From: an archaeon
GTDB taxonomy: Archaea; Nanobdellota; Nanobdellia; Pacearchaeales; GW2011-AR1
Reading direction: 5' to 3'
DNA length: 49,009 nucleotides
Assembly (NCBI GenBank): GCA_043810285.1
Contig: JBDROH010000019.1
Coordinates: 1-49,009 of the forward strand
Shown here: positions 26,293 to 36,078 of the stretch, one piece after another
How positions within the stretch are numbered: the stretch's first letter is position 1
Layout of the letters: the number at the start of each line of letters is the position of its first letter
Notes under the pieces: generated by a model
Database searches by the model: none
The model's input: the letters and a program-made list of their open reading frames with translations, nothing else
What the model was told of the DNA's origin: nothing
Program-made: the position numbers and the translations under genes

Positions 26293-26991
26293 TTAATAGG
26301 TTAGTTCCTTTCCACCTAATTTCTCAATTTTACCATCCTTCACAATCCCTACGTCAAATTTATCAATACTAAACTCGTCTCCTTGAACTTCCTTAAAAAT
26401 GTTTAATCCTAATTTTATCGCTTCTTGTGAACTCAAGTTTTTGGTATACTTTTCTCTTAGAAGTCTCTTAATTTTTTCGTCATTCTCCCCAATTGCGTTT
26501 GCTTTGTATCTCAAATAATTTCCTGTAACGTCTACAGTATAAAGGGTTGGTTCGCCATTGTATCCTCCAAACATCATTGAAACCCCGAATGGTCGCACAC
26601 CGCCATATTGTGTAAATTGTTGTTGAATATCTGCGACATCTCTAATGACTGATTCGGTGCTCGGAGCTGAGTCGTAAGTCATTCTATGTTGTTGGGCAAT
26701 CATTCTCGCTTTCTCAACTAGAACTCTCGCGTCTGAAGTAATTCCTGCAGAAACTGCAATGATGTGCTCGTCAATCTCATTAATTTTATTCGCCGAATCC
26801 TCGATAATTAAATTGTCTTTTTGCCGTCTATCTGAAATGATTACAACACAATCTTTTCCAAGAATACCAATTGAAGCTGAGCCAAGTCGGACTGTCTTTT
26901 CCGCGTACTCTACTTGCAGAATATGTCCATCTGGAGCAAACATCGTCGCCGCTCGGTCATATCCCATCTGTTGGTGTTGTATATCTTCCAT
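26293..26991 (-). CDS. psmA: proteasome alpha subunit
   Basis: GYDRAATMFAPDGHILQVEYAEKTV is the signature N-terminus of alpha-type subunits. Confidence 0.95.
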   Translation of the reverse strand: MEDIQHQQMGYDRAATMFAPDGHILQVEYAEKTVRLGSASIGILGKDCVVIISDRRQKDNLIIEDSANKINEIDEHIIAVSAGITSDARVLVEKARMIAQQHRMTYDSAPSTESVIRDVADIQQQFTQYGGVRPFGVSMMFGGYNGEPTLYTVDVTGNYLRYKANAIGENDEKIKRLLREKYTKNLSSQEAIKLGLNIFKEVQGDEFSIDKFDVGIVKDGKIEKLGGKELTY

Positions 26992-27044
26992 ACTATAAAT
27001 AAAAAACTTACCTTAATAAAATCTATTATACTCCATTTTTAAAA

Positions 27045-27329
27045 CTATCCTTTCAATCCTCTAAGGGTTCCAGAAACGTTCTCAATCTTAATTCCTGCCA
27101 ATGCCAATGCTGTCCGAACATTCTCTAAAGATTTTGTTAAACAACTCCCCACTAATCTTTCTGGAAAATCTTTAGTATTAATTTTCATATAAGCCGATTT
27201 CGCAAATCCAAGCACCCCGATATATTCCAAAATAGCAGATTCAACTTTTTCATTAGTTGTTCTAACTAGGAAATATCTTCGCTTATCTCTCGCCGAGGGT
27301 TTAAGATTTAGTTTTTTTCCTTTTACCAT
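27045..27329 (-). CDS. rnp2: RNase P protein component Pop5/Rpp14-like (short)
   Basis: KPSARDKRRYFLVRT resembles the Pop5 N-terminal strand. Canonical position upstream of psmA in the archaeal exosome/proteasome superoperon. Confidence 0.55.
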   Translation of the reverse strand: MVKGKKLNLKPSARDKRRYFLVRTTNEKVESAILEYIGVLGFAKSAYMKINTKDFPERLVGSCLTKSLENVRTALALAGIKIENVSGTLRGLKG

Positions 27330-30108
27330 GTTTCTTTTTCTTCTTTTCTAAAGGCTTTTCTATTTTTAATTTTTTCCTATTTAGTTTAAGGATAATAAGA
27401 CCAACGAAGATAAAAATAATAGCTAAGACGATTACTATTGATGAATAATCCTTAACAATAATTGGCTCAGTTTCTACAATTTCTTCTTCTGTAATAACTT
27501 CAATAACCTTAATCTCAATAGGTTCATTAATCAACTGGATTATCAACTCTACCTCTTCAGCAACTATCTTGTTTACCTTGATAAATAAATCATAATAACT
27601 CTTCGAGGTTAAATTCAACTTAACAGATTGTCCAATACCTAACATTAAATTTATTGGGTCACTCTCGATAATAATATTGACGTAATCGACTCCAACTTCA
27701 TTAATAGTTAATAAATGTCGGCCACCCTCAAAATCAAAAATACTAAAGTTTACTTTTTCATTATTCTTTAAACTCTTGGTATAACCTTTTGAAATTTCAG
27801 ATACATTAACTTCATAAATTTGGGGTTCGGTTGAGCTAATTGTAATACTTCCTCCACCGCCTCCGCCCCCACTAGAACTACTAACAACTATTGGAGCAGT
27901 TATAGTAAAACTATTTTCCTCGGAAGAGTTCACATTTCCTGCCTGGTCGCTGCAATTAATTGTCCAAGGATAAGTTCCGGGGGTAAATACTTGGCTGAAT
28001 AATTGGGTTAAGGAGTTATTTATTGAATAGTTAGTCAGATTAATTTCTCCACTAATAATCAAACTACAATTAGCAATATTGTCGTCGGAGATATTAAAAC
28101 TAAAAGTTCTCGAAATTGAATCTGAAGTCGCACTAGCAGGTAAACTTATCAATGTCAGATTTGGAGTAGTAATATCATAAACCCCGCTAAAATTATTAGC
28201 ACCCCAAGATTCATTTGATATATTGTTCACCCCTAAACAATTCCATGAATAATTTCCTTCTGTGAGAAAAGTGTAATTGAAAATTGTCGTATTATCAAAG
28301 TTAGAAATATTTGTTGTTAAACTATAATTCAAACTCCCGCTTGAATTCCACAAATAAAACGTTACATTACTTAATTCGTTATTCGCGTCGGAAAGAGCTT
28401 GGCAACTAAAATTGGTGTCATTGATATTTGTATAGCTTCCATTAGAAGGCAATAGTAAGTTCACAGAAAGCCCTCCAATTGTTAAACTATAATTTGTTGG
28501 AGCATATGCTGAGTTGCCTTCTATGTCTGTAGATAAACAGTTCCAAGAGTAAGTATCCTCGCTCATATTCGTTAAGTTAAATGAAGTTTCATTCGCTGTT
28601 CCCGTTAAATTTTTCGTTTTGTTATAGTATAACTCTGTCGAGTTCCAAACATATAATGTTAAATTCGCTAGTTGCCAGTCTGTAGCGTTGCAGGTGAAAG
28701 TTTGGTTATTGGTTAGATTGATATGGTTATTAATTGGAGAGACTAATGTTACATTCGGGGCGTCGACGTCTAGGGAAAGAATGGCGGAGTATACGTCAAT
28801 TCTTGAATAATTTAATCCGCTTCCAGAAGTGTCGTCGATTAATACTCCTGTTTGATTAAATGCAGTTTCAATTTCTTGGGGAGTCATTAATTGATTTGTC
28901 AAGTTTAAAAATTGATTAAGGATTGCTATCGCTCCTGCCACCATTGGTGCTGCCATCGATGTTCCGGAAAATGAGATATATGCTCCATCCTTATAAGTTG
29001 AACATATCCTAGTGGCGTCCATACTTCCTGGAGAACAACTTCCACTTCCTCCAAATGTTCCTCCTGTTGCAAATAATTGGACCAGACTATTCCTGTTTGA
29101 AAATGATGAAACTCCGTCAGATTTTGTTGATGAAGATACAGGTATTGAATTTTCGATACATGCAGGAACTCCAATATGGGTTGTGTTCCCTTCATTTCCA
29201 GAAGACACGATAACTGAAATATTCTGGGCAACTGCAGAATCAATAGCATTTCGTAAGGTTGCAAATCCTGGTTCAGAATCACAATAATCGTCTATTAAAA
29301 TGCTTTCACAAGGATCTCCTTCACATAATCCTATACTCATTGTAATCACAGAAATATTATATGCCGAGGCATTAGCTACACACCTATCAATTGCAGAAAC
29401 TATCATATCTGTAGTTCCGCTTCCAACATCTGTAAAAACTTTCATTGAAACAATGTTAACATTCGGAGCCATCCCAAAGATTCCTCCTGATGCTCCAACG
29501 ATTCCTGTGACATGTGTCCCGTGTCCATGATAATCCATGGGGTCACTATCATCATTTCCGAAGTCATATCCTCCTATAACTCTCGAACAATTCCCTGCAA
29601 GAAAACTTTCAGTTGAGCAACCCCCTAAATCTGGATGGGAATAATTAACTCCCGTATCGAGAATACAAACACTTTGACGAATCCCTGTGAGGTTTAAAGA
29701 ATTAATTTGCTTTGGCCAAATAGAACTCGCATTTGTTATGCTGACGGCATCGTCCAATAAAAGCTTAATAGGATAATTATAACTTATCTCTTCCACATAA
29801 TTTTCCTTTGAAAGATATTCGATGTCCTCTTCTGTAAGTTCTGCAGAGAATGCGTTTGAAGAGCTAAACTCATTCTTTATTTTTTTGTCTAGCTGGCTCA
29901 TTATTTTATTTTTGTTTAAGGTATCCATCATAGAAATTACAACATTGCCACTTTCTTTATCTTTTAGTTTAACAATTACATCTACAGTTTTTTCATCTTC
30001 TAATTGCTCTGAAACTTTATCACTTATTTTTTCATCTAAAGAATTTTGAGAACTAACTATCGTTAAGAGCAATATAAGAATTGTAAAAAAACAGAAACCA
30101 AATTTCAT
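27301..30108 (-). CDS. secreted, membrane-anchored subtilisin-like (S8) serine protease with three Ig-like repeats
   Basis: Signal peptide. Catalytic triad contexts are ILDTGVNYSHPDL (Asp), HGTHVTGIV (His) and GTSMAAPMVAG (Ser). Three repeats end in Y(S/P)W(T)(I)NC. It also has a G7 linker, a C-terminal TM segment and a poly-Lys tail. Confidence 0.9.
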   Translation of the reverse strand: MKFGFCFFTILILLLTIVSSQNSLDEKISDKVSEQLEDEKTVDVIVKLKDKESGNVVISMMDTLNKNKIMSQLDKKIKNEFSSSNAFSAELTEEDIEYLSKENYVEEISYNYPIKLLLDDAVSITNASSIWPKQINSLNLTGIRQSVCILDTGVNYSHPDLGGCSTESFLAGNCSRVIGGYDFGNDDSDPMDYHGHGTHVTGIVGASGGIFGMAPNVNIVSMKVFTDVGSGTTDMIVSAIDRCVANASAYNISVITMSIGLCEGDPCESILIDDYCDSEPGFATLRNAIDSAVAQNISVIVSSGNEGNTTHIGVPACIENSIPVSSSTKSDGVSSFSNRNSLVQLFATGGTFGGSGSCSPGSMDATRICSTYKDGAYISFSGTSMAAPMVAGAIAILNQFLNLTNQLMTPQEIETAFNQTGVLIDDTSGSGLNYSRIDVYSAILSLDVDAPNVTLVSPINNHINLTNNQTFTCNATDWQLANLTLYVWNSTELYYNKTKNLTGTANETSFNLTNMSEDTYSWNCLSTDIEGNSAYAPTNYSLTIGGLSVNLLLPSNGSYTNINDTNFSCQALSDANNELSNVTFYLWNSSGSLNYSLTTNISNFDNTTIFNYTFLTEGNYSWNCLGVNNISNESWGANNFSGVYDITTPNLTLISLPASATSDSISRTFSFNISDDNIANCSLIISGEINLTNYSINNSLTQLFSQVFTPGTYPWTINCSDQAGNVNSSEENSFTITAPIVVSSSSGGGGGGGSITISSTEPQIYEVNVSEISKGYTKSLKNNEKVNFSIFDFEGGRHLLTINEVGVDYVNIIIESDPINLMLGIGQSVKLNLTSKSYYDLFIKVNKIVAEEVELIIQLINEPIEIKVIEVITEEEIVETEPIIVKDYSSIVIVLAIIFIFVGLIILKLNRKKLKIEKPLEKKKKKHGKRKKTKS

Positions 30109-30401
30109 CTAACAACACACTCTCCATCAACGTATTCGCAAGATTCAATCTGACAATTAAACATTGCGATGCAGACTCCATTTTCAAGACATTCAGATAA
30201 ATTTTCCTTATATTTTGTAACTTCACTGGCTAAAACACATTGCTCTTCACCACCCATATTGCATGGACAACAAGTAGTTTGAATTTTCACACATTCTATC
30301 GATTCTTCATTTAAATTGGTCTCTCCAACAAACCAAAAAAATCCCACGACTAGTAAAATTCCTGCGATAACAATCATTCCAATCAATCCTTTTTTATCCA
30401 T
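30105..30401 (-). CDS. small signal-anchored Cys-rich protein (10 Cys in ~70 residues)
   Basis: TM segment GLIGMIVIAGILLVVGFFWFV followed by ECVKIQTTCCPCNMGGEEQCV...CLENGVCIAMFNCQIESCEYVDGECV. 4-nt overlap with the protease gene. Confidence 0.5.
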   Translation of the reverse strand: MDKKGLIGMIVIAGILLVVGFFWFVGETNLNEESIECVKIQTTCCPCNMGGEEQCVLASEVTKYKENLSECLENGVCIAMFNCQIESCEYVDGECVVR

Positions 30402-30472
30402 AAGATACTTAATGCCTGGAGGATTAAAAAGATTGCGATAATTTAAAAATGTCTGTTCTTTAATAAAACGAG

Positions 30473-31804
30473 ATGGTGAAGATATATACAGTTGGTGGAT
30501 TTTCAGAAGTTGGAAAGAATATGGTGGTAGTTGAACTGGAAGAAGATGCTTTTATTTTTGATGAGGGGTTTTTTTTACCTGCGATTGTTTCAATGGAAGA
30601 GCGGGATAAAGTTATGACTGAGAAGAGGCTGAAGTCAATCAAAGCAGTTCCAGAAGATTCTATAATAGACCATATTCGGCATAAAATTCGGGCACAATTC
30701 ATAAGTCACGCACATCTTGACCATGTCGGAGCAATTCCTTTTTTGTCAGATAAATATAATGCTCCTATTTATGGAACCCCATTTACAATGCAAGTTCTTA
30801 ATTCTCTTTTAGCTGATAATGATATAGTCCTCCGAAATAAAACCTACTCAATCAAGCCAAACACAACATTTTATGTTCAAGGAAAAAATACAAAATACAA
30901 AATAGATTTTATCAATATCACTCATTCAACAATTCAATGTTTAATGATTGCACTTCAAACACCAAAGGGGATTGTTCTTTATGCCAATGATTTCAAAATG
31001 GACGACACTCCAGTTTTAGGTTTAAAGCCGAATTATAAACGATTAAGAGAAATCGCAAAAGAGGGAGTTCTGGCATTTATTGTAGATTCGTTATATTCTG
31101 GTTCAGAGAAAAAAACACCCTCGGAAAAAATCGCACGGGCATTGCTCCAAGAAGTTTTATTAACAATTCAAAACCGAAATGCTGGAATGATTGTAACAAC
31201 TTTCTCATCACATATCGCACGGCTAAAATCTATTGTTGAATTTGGGAAAAAATTAAATCGGGAAGTTGTTTTTTTAGGAAGGAGTTTGGATAAATATTCA
31301 ACCGCTGCAAAGAATGTGGGTGCCGCACCTTTCTTAAAGGACATTAAAATTTCAAAGTATCGACGACAAGTAGAAAAAACATTGCATAAAGTTGAGCGAA
31401 ACAGAAAGGATTATATGATTGTTTGCACGGGTCATCAAGGTGAACCTGGTTCAATTTTAGAAAGACTTTCACGTCATCAACTTCCATTCAAACTAAATCG
31501 TGATGATAACTTAATTTTTTCATCAAGTGTTATTCCTACGCCGGTTAATCAGGAACAGTTTGCAAAAATGGAAGCTCGTTTGAAAAAAAGTAAGCCTAGA
31601 ATTTTTAGAGATGCTCACGTTTCAGGTCATGGTGGGAGAGAAGATCTTCGAGACATTTTAAAAATTGTTCATCCCCAACATGTAATCCCTTCACATGGTG
31701 GTTTAGATAAGACAAGACCTATGGCAGAACTCGCTAAAGAATTTGGTTACAAACTTGGGAAACAATGTCATCTAATGCAAGATGGAGATGTGTTAAAATT
31801 GTAG
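30473..31804 (+). CDS. rnj: RNase J-like beta-CASP metallo-beta-lactamase ribonuclease
   Basis: HxHxDH in ISHAHLDHVGAIP. The beta-CASP region and the C-terminal motif HVSGHGGREDL are present. Confidence 0.85.
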   Translation: MVKIYTVGGFSEVGKNMVVVELEEDAFIFDEGFFLPAIVSMEERDKVMTEKRLKSIKAVPEDSIIDHIRHKIRAQFISHAHLDHVGAIPFLSDKYNAPIYGTPFTMQVLNSLLADNDIVLRNKTYSIKPNTTFYVQGKNTKYKIDFINITHSTIQCLMIALQTPKGIVLYANDFKMDDTPVLGLKPNYKRLREIAKEGVLAFIVDSLYSGSEKKTPSEKIARALLQEVLLTIQNRNAGMIVTTFSSHIARLKSIVEFGKKLNREVVFLGRSLDKYSTAAKNVGAAPFLKDIKISKYRRQVEKTLHKVERNRKDYMIVCTGHQGEPGSILERLSRHQLPFKLNRDDNLIFSSSVIPTPVNQEQFAKMEARLKKSKPRIFRDAHVSGHGGREDLRDILKIVHPQHVIPSHGGLDKTRPMAELAKEFGYKLGKQCHLMQDGDVLKL

Positions 31805-32181
31805 AACCTTTGAACTCAAATAGATATTTAGAATTAGTTGGAGGATTGAAAAATGCGTTTGAGAGGGGAGAATCTTTCGCAAAAGCTAAACAGAGTTTCA
31901 TTAATGCGGGATATAAATCTTCTGAAGTAGAAGCTGCAGCACAGGAAATGCGGAAATCAATTTCTCCGACAGCTCAACCTCCAGTTATACCAGTTGAAAC
32001 AAAGAAGTCTACACTAAATATTAAAAAATCTCGAATGAAAAAATTACCAATGACTCCCAAAACACATTCAACTCGGAAGAAGGACATATCAAATATTTTA
32101 ATAGTTGCCTTAATTATAGTTTCAATATTAATTCTTGTCGGTGCAACAATTTTAGGACTCTTCTGGGATAAATGGTTTTAA
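31765..32181 (+). CDS. hypothetical C-terminally membrane-anchored protein. The start is uncertain, and a TTG at 31810 would avoid overlap with rnj.
   Basis: ORF with a C-terminal TM segment ILIVALIIVSILILVGATILGLFW. Confidence 0.4.
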   Translation: MSSNARWRCVKIVEPLNSNRYLELVGGLKNAFERGESFAKAKQSFINAGYKSSEVEAAAQEMRKSISPTAQPPVIPVETKKSTLNIKKSRMKKLPMTPKTHSTRKKDISNILIVALIIVSILILVGATILGLFWDKWF

Positions 32182-32182
32182 A

Positions 32183-32707
32183 ATGACTGAGATTTACCAA
32201 CCTGCGGAAGACTCATATTTTTTTGCTAAGTTCTTAGAAGAATATCTTTCAAAAAATAAGATTAATTCCTTTTTAGATATGGGGGCTGGTTCAGCAATTC
32301 TTTCAGATAGCGTATCCAGATTTCTTGATAAAGACTATATCCTGGCTGCAGATATAAATCCTGTTGCGGTAAAATTTGCAAAGAAGAAAGGTTTTAATGC
32401 AGTCAAAACAAATCTTTTTGAGAAGATTAGGGGGAAGTTTGATTTGATAACTTTCAATGCACCTTATCTTCCAGAAGATATTCGCGAACCAAAGTCTTCT
32501 AGAATCGCAACAACTGGAGGGAAATATGGAGATGAAATTTCTTTAAAATTTTTAAGGCAGGTAAAAAAACATCTTAATAAGAATGGGAAAGTTTTTCTTT
32601 TAATTTCAAGTTTGACTCCAATGGATAATTTGAATAAATTCAGCCATAAAATTGTTGCTAGAAAAAAGTTATTTATGGAAGAGTTAAGAATTTTGGAATT
32701 TGGCTGA
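32183..32707 (+). CDS. HemK-related archaeal methyltransferase (Mtq2-like, putative release-factor glutamine methylase)
   Basis: N-terminus IYQPAEDSYFF, SAM motif LDMGAGSA, NPPY-type motif as FNAPYLP. Confidence 0.7.
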   Translation: MTEIYQPAEDSYFFAKFLEEYLSKNKINSFLDMGAGSAILSDSVSRFLDKDYILAADINPVAVKFAKKKGFNAVKTNLFEKIRGKFDLITFNAPYLPEDIREPKSSRIATTGGKYGDEISLKFLRQVKKHLNKNGKVFLLISSLTPMDNLNKFSHKIVARKKLFMEELRILEFG

Positions 32708-32796
32708 TTAATCTCTTGTAATATGCTAATTAAACCACAATTATCTTTATATACGTCGGCAGATACCTCAAAATATGAATAGGAGATGTATCTAAT

Positions 32797-33993
32797 ATGG
32801 TAAAATTCGCACATTTGGCTGATTGTCATCTTGGGGGGTGGAGGCAGGAGGAACTACAAAAATTGAATTTTCAATCATTTCAAAAGATCATCGAAAGGTG
32901 TATTCAAGAAAATGTGGACTTCGTTTTAATTTCAGGGGATTTGTTTGATTCTGCGTATCCCCCTATAGAAATTCTTAAAGATTCATTTGCTGAATTTAAA
33001 AAACTCCACGACGCTAAAATCCCTGTTTATTTAATCGCAGGTTCTCACGATTTTTCTGCATCTGGAAAAACTTTTTTAGACGTTTTAGAGAAGGCAGGTT
33101 TTTGTAAAAATATAGAAAACTGGGTGGTGGAAGAAGATGAAAGGATTAGGTTAAAACCTCATATGCATAAAGATATCGCAATCTATGGGTATCCGGGGAG
33201 AAAATCTGGAATGGAAATTGAAGATTTAAGGAAGGTGTATTTTGATGGAATTCATCCGTTTACAATTTTTATGGTTCACACTACTGTCAAGGATGTCGTC
33301 GGTACAATTCCTATGGAGTCGATAGAAAAACAAAAACTTCCTTTAGCAAATTACTACGCAATGGGACATATTCATCAACGGTTTAAAACTCACGAGGCGA
33401 ATTCATATTATGTTTATCCAGGACCAACATTTCCAAATAATTTCCAAGAACTCGCTGATTTAAACTATGGCGGTTTTCAACTAGTCGAAGTTACTGGCGG
33501 CAATATAAAAACTCAGAACATTCAAATTCCTCTTAAAGAAGTTGCGTATATCTGTATAGAAATAACAGATGGATTGACTGCTACACAAAAAATAATTTCT
33601 GAGTTAGACAAGCTTAACCTTAACGATAAAATCGTTCTTCTAAAATTAACAGGTATTCTTACGCAAGGAAAAACTGGAGATATACATTTCAATGAGATAG
33701 AAGAATTCATAAGAAAAAAGAAAGCATACGTTTTTTTAAGGAATATTTCATCCGTTCAGATCCGGGAGATTGGTTTTGAAACAACATTACTTCCAATGGA
33801 AAATGTGGAGAATGTAGAACTAAGAATTATGGGAGAATATTCACAAAAAAATCCTGGAGACTTCATAAAATATCTACCTCAACTAATGACTGCTCTCTCA
33901 ATAGAAAAAAATGAAGATGAAAAATCTTTTCTCTTCGAAGATAGACTTCTTTCTGAATTAAAAACTATACTTAAACTTTCGGAGATAATCTGA
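32797..33993 (+). CDS. mre11: Mre11 nuclease
   Basis: Phosphoesterase motifs FAHLADCHLG, ISGDLFD, AGSHD and MGHIH. Confidence 0.9.
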   Translation: MVKFAHLADCHLGGWRQEELQKLNFQSFQKIIERCIQENVDFVLISGDLFDSAYPPIEILKDSFAEFKKLHDAKIPVYLIAGSHDFSASGKTFLDVLEKAGFCKNIENWVVEEDERIRLKPHMHKDIAIYGYPGRKSGMEIEDLRKVYFDGIHPFTIFMVHTTVKDVVGTIPMESIEKQKLPLANYYAMGHIHQRFKTHEANSYYVYPGPTFPNNFQELADLNYGGFQLVEVTGGNIKTQNIQIPLKEVAYICIEITDGLTATQKIISELDKLNLNDKIVLLKLTGILTQGKTGDIHFNEIEEFIRKKKAYVFLRNISSVQIREIGFETTLLPMENVENVELRIMGEYSQKNPGDFIKYLPQLMTALSIEKNEDEKSFLFEDRLLSELKTILKLSEII

Positions 33994-36044
33994 TGATATT
34001 TAAAAAACTCCATCTACAAAATATCCGAAGCTATGAGGACTTAAAAATTGAGTTCCCTCAAGGTTCTGTTCTTTTGGCAGGAGATATAGGTTCTGGAAAA
34101 ACTTCTATACTTCTTGGACTTCAATTTGCATTATTTGGATTACAGCCTGGACAAAAAGGTGCATCTATCTTACGAAATGGAACTGAAAATGCATATGCGT
34201 GTTTAGAAATCGTTATCGATGATGAGACTATAACCTTAGAAAGAACAATAAAGAAAAGTAAAAGTGGCGGTATAACTCAAGATTCAAATGTTATCACCGT
34301 CGGCACAATTAGAGAAGAGCTCTCAACTTCTGAGATGAAAGATAGAGTCATCCGTCTTTTAAATTATCCAAAGGAATTCGTAAAAAAATCTAATCTTTTA
34401 TACAAATTTACCGTTTATACTCCTCAAGAAGAAATGAAATCAATTATCCAAGAAAGACCTGAAATTCGACTTGATACTCTACGGCACATTTTCGGAATTG
34501 ATAGATATAAAAGAATCAAAGAGAATTCTCAGATCCTCTTACAAAAGATTAAGGAAGCAACAAAAATAAAAGAAGTCCTCGCATCTGAGCTTAATCTTTT
34601 GAAGGAAAAATTCACGTTAGAAAATGAGAAGAAAATAATTCTTTCAAGAGAGAGAAATAATCTAAACTTAGAATATAGAGTATTATCTAGTAAAAAACAA
34701 GAGCTCGAAGAAAAATTAAGTGCTACACAGAAATTCATTGAAGAAAAAAGGGAAATAGATTCAAAAGTTGAAAAACTTCAAATTCTTGTTCAGGGAAAAA
34801 AAGATTTAGAATCTAGAATGAAAAAAGAGATAATGCTTATGCAAAAACAAATTCATGAGAAAATTGATTTTTCTGAAGAAAGACTTCGTGCAGTTTTAGA
34901 ACTTTTAGAGAAACATAACAGACGTCTCGAAGAGAAAAATTCGCAATTCCTTGTGATTTCTTCGCAAATTTCAGTTCTTGATTCAAGGAAAGAAAGTCCT
35001 TCAAGATTGAAGGAAAATATAAGGTCTCTAGAAAATTGTCCAACATGTTTTCAAACTGTAAGTCAAGAACATAAGGATAAAATCACAAAAAGAACACAAT
35101 TTGAAATGGAGGAAATTGATCGAGAACTTATGCAAAAAATTCAAGAGAAACAAATTCTTGTTAAGGAAGTAGAAAAAGAAAGAGAATTAGTTAAGGGATA
35201 CGAATTAGATAAAAATAATTTTCAGCAAGATAAAATAAAATTTGAACATCAAAAGATTATTGAAATAAAAATCAAAAGTGATGCATTTGTTTTGGATAGA
35301 GTATCTAATGAGATTAATATCTTGCAAGAGCAAATTGAGCAAATGAAAATAAAGGCAGAATCTTTTTCACAATTCCAAAAGTTATTCGAGGATACAAAGT
35401 ATAAATCCCAAAAGATTAATGATGAAACTCAGATAAAAGAAATTTCATTTGCTACAAAAAATAAAGAATTAGAAATATTGAAGAATAGATTGGAAGAACT
35501 TCTAATGGAGATTCAAGGCAAGGAAAAAATCCGTGAAGATATTAATTATCTTAGAAAGTTGCAAGATTGGATTGAGGAGAAATTTATTGCGATGATAAAT
35601 CTAACTGAGAAAAATGTTATGATGAAACTTTTAAATGAATTCTCTTCAATTTTTAGTGAATGGTTTTCGATGTTGGTCTCTGATTCGTTATCTGTCAGAT
35701 TGGATGAAGATTTTACTCCTGTGATTTCCAACCAAGATTATGAAATAGAGTATGATTTTCTTTCAGGAGGTGAAAGAACTGCAATCGCATTAGCTTATAG
35801 ATTGGCTCTAAATCAGGTTCTAAATTCTATGTTATCCAAAATCAAGACAAAGGATTTAGTTATTCTTGACGAACCCACTGATGGATTTGCAACAGAACAA
35901 ATAGATAAAATGCGGGACATTTTTGATCAACTTAAAGCCGAGCAGATAATTTTAGTAAGTCACGAACAGAAAATAGAGGGTTTTGTAGACCACGTGATAC
36001 ATGTTAGGAAGGATGGGGTTTCTAGGGTGGAGCCGGCTCAATAG
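33993..36044 (+). CDS. rad50: Rad50 ATPase (compact, 683 aa)
   Basis: Walker A GDIGSGKTS, coiled coil, zinc hook CPTC at 35037-35048, signature LSGGERTAIALA, Walker B LVILDEPT. Confidence 0.9.
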   Translation: MIFKKLHLQNIRSYEDLKIEFPQGSVLLAGDIGSGKTSILLGLQFALFGLQPGQKGASILRNGTENAYACLEIVIDDETITLERTIKKSKSGGITQDSNVITVGTIREELSTSEMKDRVIRLLNYPKEFVKKSNLLYKFTVYTPQEEMKSIIQERPEIRLDTLRHIFGIDRYKRIKENSQILLQKIKEATKIKEVLASELNLLKEKFTLENEKKIILSRERNNLNLEYRVLSSKKQELEEKLSATQKFIEEKREIDSKVEKLQILVQGKKDLESRMKKEIMLMQKQIHEKIDFSEERLRAVLELLEKHNRRLEEKNSQFLVISSQISVLDSRKESPSRLKENIRSLENCPTCFQTVSQEHKDKITKRTQFEMEEIDRELMQKIQEKQILVKEVEKERELVKGYELDKNNFQQDKIKFEHQKIIEIKIKSDAFVLDRVSNEINILQEQIEQMKIKAESFSQFQKLFEDTKYKSQKINDETQIKEISFATKNKELEILKNRLEELLMEIQGKEKIREDINYLRKLQDWIEEKFIAMINLTEKNVMMKLLNEFSSIFSEWFSMLVSDSLSVRLDEDFTPVISNQDYEIEYDFLSGGERTAIALAYRLALNQVLNSMLSKIKTKDLVILDEPTDGFATEQIDKMRDIFDQLKAEQIILVSHEQKIEGFVDHVIHVRKDGVSRVEPAQ

Positions 36045-36078
36045 AAACCCTTTTAAATCAAATTTCTCCAGTATATTT

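Noticed and set aside
27848-27880. Gly-run coding tract (cctccaccgcctccgcccccact) as a slippage or phase-variation site
   Set aside because: It is not a homopolymer or a perfect short tandem repeat. It reads in frame as a G7 linker.
31765-31804. 40-nt overlap between rnj and the downstream ORF as a recoding signal
   Set aside because: It is more simply explained by a downstream alternative start (TTG at 31810). There is no slippery sequence.
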